Shown here in pieces: positions 63,149 to 64,000 of a DNA stretch of 64,000 bases (position 1 is its first letter; each line of letters opens with the position of its first letter). A program made the position numbers and the translations under genes. The DNA comes from the human T2T-CHM13v2.0 reference genome, Homo sapiens. The stretch is taken from the NCBI RefSeq assembly GCF_009914755.1, contig NC_060937.1, one strand, 5' to 3'. Under the pieces are notes generated by a model. The model had not been told where the DNA came from and made no database searches. It saw only the letters and a list, made by a program, of their open reading frames with translations.

Positions 63149-64000
63149 GAGACCTTCTCACAGATCCTTCAGAAATGTCAAAGGAAAAGCAAAAATGGTG
63201 GAGAAGGCTGAGCACGTGGCCTCGCGGGAGGCCGGCTCAGAGCTGTTCTGAAGTTGCTTTTGTAACACAGTCTATTCTCAAAGCTCCTTTTCTTTCAATG
63301 GGGCAGGTTGGGGGTGGGGGGGGGGATATTACACCTTGTATTTTACTTCTCGATTCATTTTCTTTCCATTTTAACTTTAATTCCGTCTAATTACTGTATT
63401 GTGAGCTCAGTCAGCAATCTTGCATGAACTCTGCAGTAACTTCTGAAGACTCTTGCTCCAAGTGTTTGATAATGAGGAGATGTGCAGGACTAAGGCGACT
63501 GTGTGATGTCTGCACAGTTCGAAAGCCCGCTTTCCTGTTACTTTCAAATCTCGGGTCAGCATTTTGGAACTTTTCTGCTTTAATTTTTCCACACACACCT
63601 CTCACTGCGACCACCTACCATCACCACAACCCAAAACAAAGCAAACAAACAGAAAGCTTGAACAAGAATTTACATCTGGGAAAACGCTTCTACTCATCAA
63701 GAGTGGAATTCCTTTTTATTCCTATAATTGACTCACAGCTTCAAAAATCTGTGAAGTCATACTTTGGTCACGGAAGTTGCAAGAAACCATATTTGCAAAC
63801 GTTTTATTTTAAAGAAGGTATTTAAAAATATTTCACATATTAGCCACAGATTTCTAGAAGTGAAGTTATAAAAATTAGAAATTATATTTTGCCTTTTGAT
63901 GATAGCAAGTGAAAAGAGATTGCTCCAAGCATGTTTTCAATAAATTCAGTATAACTGCAACACAAAAATTCTGCATGCAGGCTTCATACACACACGTTAT

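Overview
Human (primate) genomic DNA centred on the intronless SoxB1 transcription-factor gene SOX1 (CDS 21147-22322, + strand, 391 aa), recognised from the protein sequence; the human locus is 13q34. SOX1 is the only credible protein-coding gene. The hundreds of other ORFs are by-products of GC-rich DNA, simple repeats or transposon remnants. The gene sits in a cluster of CpG islands (~7-27.6 kb) within a ~24 kb stretch where I recognise no transposons. A second CpG-island cluster lies at ~57-61 kb. The flanks (1-4.8 kb and 29-54.6 kb) hold old L1, L2, MIR, MaLR-LTR and hAT remnants, six Alus (one a young AluYa5), a 78-bp minisatellite, a 44-bp tandem repeat and a ~670-bp TG-rich pentamer repeat. 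The SOX1-OT lncRNA is known to overlap this locus, but its exons cannot be fixed from sequence alone. I found no novel multi-gene system and no CRISPR, rRNA or tRNA. The best leads are regulatory or structural: a uORF and weak Kozak context at the SOX1 start, an open Arg-rich alternative frame, 3'UTR miRNA/PUM sites, AT-rich motif-dense inserts within CpG islands, an AluYa5 without a target-site duplication, a CCAAT-box minisatellite and an AT-rich hairpin. Repeat subfamily names and boundaries were judged by eye and are approximate.
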